From Octopus vulgaris (lineage: Eukaryota), in NCBI GenBank assembly GCA_951406725.2, contig OX597822.1:16306001-16370000 (forward strand): DNA of 64,000 nt, read 5' to 3'. A program made the position numbers and the translations under genes. Shown piece by piece: positions 57,397-64,000 of the stretch; positions within the stretch are counted from its first letter, which is position 1; every line of letters starts with the position of its first letter. Below the pieces are notes generated by a model. The model made no database searches. It worked only from the letters and a program-made list of their open reading frames with translations, and was not told the origin of the DNA.

Positions 57397-58439
57397 CGAT
57401 ATATTAAAAATTATTTTAAAACTATGTAAGTGTGCGTATTTTCTTTTTTAATTTCTTACATACATTACAACTCACCACGTGGGGATAATCGAAATTCCTC
57501 TTTTCTGTTACTACTATATGTTTACGGCGAATGTTCGTAGAACCTTTATTACAAATGTTTGGATTGGAAGATGTTGAGAGCTAGGTACCATATCGGTCAG
57601 AAGAGGCAGCGTCAACTGAAAGAGCAGTGGCATTAGCAGTAGCAAGGACAGTAGCAGCAGCAGCAGTTGTAATCGTAGGAGTGGCAGAATTTGGTTTGGA
57701 AAATAGGAATAATCGGAATTATATTATTTTTTTCATTTCCTTTTCTCTCTTGTATTTTGATATCCTCCCTTAAAATGGATTAAGCGAATATAATGAATTA
57801 GGATAAATTCTATTCAGTTTGTGTTGAATGCATAATGAATTGAAAACATTAGGATGACTATTCTGAAAACTCATCAACCGAGGAAGCCGATGAATAGAAG
57901 GATCTCTCTATGCTTCCGGCTTATGATTGAAATGAATAGGAAACAATTCATGCGAATTTGTTTTCGGTTTGTCCTTGCTGGTTTTTGTAATTTTGTGTGT
58001 ACGATGTACTATAGAGATATGAGGTAAACACCTTTTCCATTTTATCTAAACTAACTTTTGATTATCAGATATAGCTTCAATGTCCTCCCTTCACACATGT
58101 GACTGAATCCATTTGGGAAGTTAAAATGCTTAGCTACAATTTATATCGTTTAACGTTAATGGTACTAACCACCTTATTTTTATCAGATAAGGAAAGGTTA
58201 AGAAATAGAAAATATTTATTGAACTGTGGGTCAGGAAACAAATATATTTATCATTATGTATTAAATGTTTTGTTTTTTTTAAATATATTAATAGTTAAGC
58301 TTTCTTTATTGAAAATAACATGAGATAGCGTCCATTGTTGCTTGGTGATAATTCACATTTCATAAACACCATTAATACATATGACAGCTGCAACTTGTGT
58401 TTTTGCTATGTTAAATTTTTGTACAAAATGCTTAGCCAG

Positions 58440-58625
58440 ACAAAATGCTTAACAGCATTTCGTCCGTCTTTACGTTTTGAGTGCAAATTCCGCCAAGATT
58501 GACTACGCCTTTCATCTTTTGGGACCGATGAAATAAGTACCAGTTCGGAACTGGGTTTGGACTAATCAACTAGCGCCACCCTCAACAAACTTCGGGCCTT
58601 GTGCCTATAGCAGAAAGTATTATTC
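58440..58625 (+). mobile_element. SINE family B
   Basis: CAAAATGCTTAACAGCATTTCGTCCGTCTTTACGTTTTGAGTGCAAATTCCGCCAAG...AAAATAAGTACCAG. Confidence 0.75.
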
Positions 58626-59159
58626 ACACAAATTGGTAGCAAGAAGTCACAGCGAGAATGAAAAAGAAAGAACACTAATCCTAAATTAACCCAACGAATA
58701 ACGAAACATGAAAATGCAGCCACAACTTTCATTTTTGCTCCCAGGAACAACATACAAAGGCAGGATTGTGTATATGTGTTCGTAGAGTAAATATTTACGT
58801 AAAAAAAATATGCACTGGAAGTATTTTAGTAATATGTAAGCCGTTTCACTCTCTGACTATTCTTTGTGCTTTCAGACAAAGGAACAATATGAATTCAGTT
58901 TAAATCATTACAAGTGTCTTTCTACCACTTTGCTCTACAATTAGAAAAGAAGAAAAAAGAAAGAAAGTTGTCGTAATTTCAAGTTCCAAGTTGTGTAGTA
59001 CTGACGAGGCCAAAAGGAGGGCGAAATATGCGATTCCCGACCACTAGTATCTTTAAGATCTTTATGTTAGGGAAATGAAAAAAAAAATAAATGTATGGGA
59101 ATAAATGTATGTGCTTCAATGTATATATTCGCGTAAGGTTTAGTATATCGGATAGACTA

Positions 59160-59260
59160 TCGTAAGAAATTCGTTCAGGCTCATTGCGCTCTGATTTCAA
59201 ATTCCGTCGATGTCAAATTCGACTTTCTTATCCTTCCTGGGTCTATAAATAAATTACTAA
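59160..59260 (+). mobile_element. SINE family B fragment
   Basis: CTCTGATTTCAAATTCCGTCGA...GACTTTCTTATCCTTCCTGGGTCTATAAA. Confidence 0.5.
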
Positions 59261-61991
59261 TTCCTCTTCATTGCCCATTATGTTTCAATCATCCATAATG
59301 TCGAGTGTGTGTGCCAAGTACGCAACCAACTGAGAGTATCCTTAAGCAGCCAATGTAGATAGATTTTATTTAGGCAACTGGTTTACACTGGGGTATATAT
59401 ACACGTGTGTCTGTCAGTGTGTGTCTAGTGTGTTTACGTATCTTTTAGTCTGGTGGAAATCAGTGTCTATAAACCTTTAAATGTTCATCAAAATGGCTGT
59501 AGAGAGAGACGACGGTATTTTCAAATTTGCCCCAAATATTTACAACAGAAAACTTCCGCTAAAGCCACCCAAGATATATCATGTAATGTTAAAACGGATG
59601 ACCGTTCAATTCTGCGAACTATGTCTTCCATGGTAGAATTCGAACGCAGAACACAAAGGGATGGAATAAATCTCGCTCTGCATGAGAACCGCCGTCGTAA
59701 CAGTTTGGCCAATCTCCCGCCGCCCTAGGCGGCTGTATTTTTTTTCATTGACCTCCAAAAGAATGAATTGTAACGTTGTTACAATTCCTGACAGCTGGAA
59801 CAAATGTTGTTAGGAGTTTCTAGTCTACCAGCTAATGACTCTGCTATCATTCAACCGTTACACAGATCCAGGTATATGGACGAATGTGTGTTCAGGATTT
59901 TGTACTCATTTTCTAATTTTTTCTCTTTTTTTTTTCGAGGCACTTGCTTTTATGAGATGACAAACTGTGACAGACAAAATTAATCGCTTTTTTTTCTCAA
60001 ATCAGTGTATTTTGAAAGCTACTTGAGTCTATAAAACAGTAGCTATCATCGTAGATGTTAGCCCACCATCAAACACCGCCCACGTTGATGAGTTACCAAT
60101 CTCTGCACGATTTTTGTGCACATTTTGTACCTTGATGTGACACGAGACCGAAACTTTTGCGAGTACTTTTTAATGATTAAAACATTATCATATACACCAA
60201 CATATGCAGCATGAGAGACTGAACAACTAAACATTGGTTTGCGGTGTTTTCTCTCAGACCTAAAATAGGTAATCACAATGACCGTAGCTACATCCTTCTA
60301 TTTCTATATTGTTCTCAGTCTAACCAGGTAGAATATGCTTCGCTAAAGAGATTTAATAATACTGAAACATGCTTGTTCCTTTCCCAATTCCGTTTTAAAA
60401 TCCTTTCTTTATCCAGTTATTCTCCAAATCATATTTCTGAAGTGTTTCCCGTTGTTTGTTGCTTTTTATACCAAAGACCAATCTACAGGAACTTTTATTC
60501 CACTAACTGAAAGGATAATATAGCGGAGACCCAGCTTGTGGAAAAATACGCGAAGGTATTTCCTTCAGCACTATTGCTAATCTTCATTTTTCTACTATTT
60601 CTACAAATACAGATTATTTAGAAACATTGTGAATTGAATCGAACACGCTTCAATGAGGAGACATCATATTACCGAAAAATTTCTGTCGTGTCACCAATTG
60701 GCATTGAATAAAATATACATTCGTATCTCCATTATTGTTTTTCGGATTAGCTTCCACCATTGGAGTTATCATCTTTGTGATTGATTTTACAATGAAAACA
60801 CACTACAAGGCTTTTTCCCCGATACTAATAGCAGTGTTAAACTCGGATGATCGAAAAGCAATATATATTTGCCTACGCACATACAAACGTTTGTATGTGT
60901 GTGCAAATATTCTAGATTTGTCTCTCTCTATCTCTATCTATCTCTATCTCTCTCTCTATCCCTCTCTCTGTTTTTACTGACATCTGCATTCTCTTATACA
61001 CAAAAGATAGATATTGATGCGGAAAAAGACGTGGTGTCACCTCTGACACCCTCTTAATATATGTATGCTCAACCATACCTGACACTCAGTAAAACAACTG
61101 CTCTAAAATGTCCAGCCAACGAAGACCCTTCAACATCAGGAGCTCTCTATCTACCTTTTAGTATTTATTTCTGGCTTGTTCAGGTATGCTACAATGTACC
61201 CCTTTAACTCTCATGAATAAGCACTGAACAAAATATATATGTATATATATTTTGCACAAAAAGAAATATATATGTGAATGTATATAGTACACATAAAATT
61301 GCATCTACTGACATAATGTAATAGGCATGTAAAACAAGTGCGCAGGTAGATTTAACACTTAAAACTCGGGAGTTTTAAACTAAAATCCATAACAAAGGTG
61401 ACAACTGCGACTGAATAAAAAGCAATGAATAGCTATAAGTGATGCATCATTGAGCGGTTAGATATATATAAGAAAGGTAAAAAGAACAAGCAAACCGTGG
61501 TGTCATTTTAAAGCAGGAAATTAATAATTCAAGCATAATTGTAGAGTTGTTGCAATAGAATTTTTGTAGTAAACGGTATACAAATGAGGGAGTAAAACGA
61601 TGTGTACAAAGCCTCTTACAGCTGTTTCCAGAATAGCTGTTCATATGAAGCATATATCAATGAACAAAGATTTCCATATAAAAGCCAAATATTCCGTCCT
61701 CAAAGAGGAAGGATTAAGGAATATCCATGTCAAAGAATATCAGTAGTTGCCAGTTCCATCATCGAAGAGAGAGTATTTGTGTATATATATATTTATACAG
61801 CCGCCACACATAAACACAGATAAGCTCATGATACTGTTAAAACAATTTTAAAAGACCGGTCTCTCCCTTATTCTCTCTCTATATATGTGGAGAATGATTA
61901 CGTTATTCATATGTATATATATGTGTGTCTGTGTGTGTTTGTGTGCGTGTGTGTGTTTGTGTGCGTGTGTGTGTATATATATGATAATATA

Positions 61992-62552
61992 TATATTATA
62001 TAAAATTCGTTCTGTCTGTGTGTCTTCTAGGATCTCGGGCATCTTCCATCCGATTGCGCTCAAATTTGATATGTAGATACCGACAGTATCAGGGCGTGTA
62101 TAAGTCTTGAAAAAATTACAAAAATCGGTTCCAGGTGAGAATGTAATCGATAAAGCCGTAGGAATGTGCATGTGTACGCGCGAGTACATCAGCTGTTGCG
62201 ATCGATAGTAAGCGTACGCAAGAAAAACTGCACGTGCCGTTTGCGCAAAAAAGCCGACTGGCTTGAAATAATGCCACAATGTGCAATATATTTAAGAGAC
62301 CAAAAAAGTAAGATGCAAAAGAGATATTTTCTTCAAACTTGACATGAAGGGTGGAAAGACTATTTGGTTTCTTTGGAATAGAAAAAAAAAATCTATGTTT
62401 ATTTCTTCTTTTGCTGGTGTCTCAAATCTAGGTTAAATCAGTGTTTCTCAAAGAGGAGGCTTATGGGACGGTCGGACAAGTTGTTTTGAGAAAATTTGGT
62501 TTAAATGTTTGACAACTCAGCACCGCCCATTGAACGTGGGGTGTTTTGCTCG
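61992..62552 (+). mobile_element. Non-autonomous Helitron, second copy with about 180 bp extra
   Basis: Colinear with 52006-52379; 3' CACCGCCCATTGAACGTGGGGTG hairpin relic and CTCG|T end. Confidence 0.8.
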
Positions 62553-63323
62553 TATGTATATAAGAGCGAATTAGATGCATAGAGAGATACATCTATACTC
62601 AAGGGCCAAAACTGCAGAAAATTATGTTAAAAAGTAGGAAAAAGCTAAGTAGGCTGACGAGTAAGAAAAAGCTAACTTCTCACTTTAGAATAAAATATAA
62701 ATTTAGATCTACATAAAAGAAACAATAAAACATACAACAGAAAGAAAAAAATGTTCCTGATGAATGTTTCCTGGTTTATAGTTTATCTTTTCTTTCATAT
62801 TGTAAGTCTTTTGTATGTTATCCTAGCTGTTTCTCTTTAGTTTATTTCTTTCACGAAGATTTGGCAACTGGCGGCGTCAATAATATTAGAAAAGTCTGTG
62901 AATCTGGTTGTAAATATAATACAATTCTCATTACCATTTATATGCGAATAAAAGATAGCTAGAACCTGTTGAGATAGTTTAGTTCAGTTGAAAGTTATTC
63001 GAAATTTCTCAACAAAGGCGAATCATTTTCGACACAGGTCTCAGAATTGATTTAATCTTTTTTGTTTTACTTTATCGATATAAGACTTTTTGTTATTTAT
63101 TTATTTATTACGTTAGTTGTTTTTGTATTATATTGCATTGGGCGAAAATGTCGGTTTTAATAAGTATTCAACAAATTGTTCACAGAATTTTCCACGGTCA
63201 CAGTGACAAGGGATTATCTGTGAAATTCGAGCGGAACAAGTATCACAAACGTCCTTGTTCACAAGTACCGACTTATCTTATTTGTTGCCCACAATGTTTA
63301 CTATTTTACTTGTATATATAATT

Positions 63324-63386
<63 letters not shown>

Positions 63387-63650
63387 GTTTTCGGTAAGAT
63401 AGAATTATTTAATATTTAATTCTTATGCTTTCCTAAAAACTTGATTTCGAAACGTACGTCCGTAGATAACTTAAAATTGTATGATAGATTGCCGTCAATT
63501 CATTCTCTCTTACCTGTTTGTGTCTGCCTTCCAATTGCTGTTTTTACTGAGATCTCCTTTTCAGTAGAAGAAATAGCTATAACTCTTTGACTGCTATTTC
63601 TAAATTCGGTATGTGGTAAGGCAATTCGTTGCTAAACCCTTTATTGCTTA

Positions 63651-63708
<58 letters not shown>

Positions 63709-63754
63709 GCATAATCAAAATAAGCAATAAGGATATCCAGACGCATATATATAG

Positions 63755-63942
63755 TGAGAATTTTCAAAAAAAGACACAATAGACGAAGACGGGTGTGTAA
63801 ACAACAAACCGATGTATTAGTTTAACTCTAGGGAAGTGAAAAAGTCTTTCACGTTTCGAGCCTATGCTCTTCGACAGAACGGAACGCAGAAATAAACAGG
63901 GAGTGAAAATAGACAAAGGTTTAATTGCTAGCGATCTGTCAT
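63755..63942 (-). mobile_element. pLTR-like element with a variant minimal HHR (63847-63880)
   Basis: GTT-CTGTCGA-A-GAGC-ATAG-GCTC-GAAA-CGT-G-AAAG; same architecture as P2; flanked by (TA)n and (CTAT)n. Confidence 0.65.
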
Positions 63943-63944
63943 AC

Positions 63945-63983
<39 letters not shown>

Positions 63984-64000
63984 GCTATCTATCTATCTAT
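63945..64000. repeat. (CTAT)n microsatellite
   Basis: Direct. Confidence 0.96.

Noticed and set aside
58876-58944. Terminal exon after the strong acceptor ctgac...ctttcag
   Set aside because: Short frame, no homology, and such acceptors are common by chance in AT-rich DNA
58995-59035. HHR-like CTGACGA-GGCC...GGC-GAAA
   Set aside because: No stem I complementarity and no valid NUH site; chance match or too decayed to call
59440-60260. Possible mariner 5' and TIR relics
   Set aside because: No catalytic motifs or matching TIR pair could be verified by eye
63440-63465. GAAA-CGTACG-TC palindromic stem III
   Set aside because: No upstream CTGANGA box survives; at most a truncated relic

Overview
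This is AT-rich, microsatellite-saturated animal DNA, most likely from an octopus or other cephalopod, judging by an OR-type tRNA-Arg SINE and two other abundant SINE families. It looks intronic or intergenic. No intact protein-coding gene is supported, and nearly all listed ORFs are artefacts of simple repeats. Recognisable content is decayed mobile DNA: SINEs, three RLE-type (R4/Dong-like) non-LTR fragments sitting in microsatellites, a CR1 fragment, RTE scraps, a full-length but disabled IR/DR Tc1 element, mariner and hAT relics, and non-autonomous Helitrons. The most striking unlisted signal is a dozen or more minimal type-I hammerhead-ribozyme (HHR) motifs from several unrelated short repeat families, probably Penelope-like pseudo-LTRs. 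These sit beside (TA)n tracts and repeatedly form head-to-head fold-back hairpins (4283-4533, 11088-12535, 51484-51656, 57056-57396). All calls are by eye, with no database search; element boundaries are approximate unless termini are quoted.
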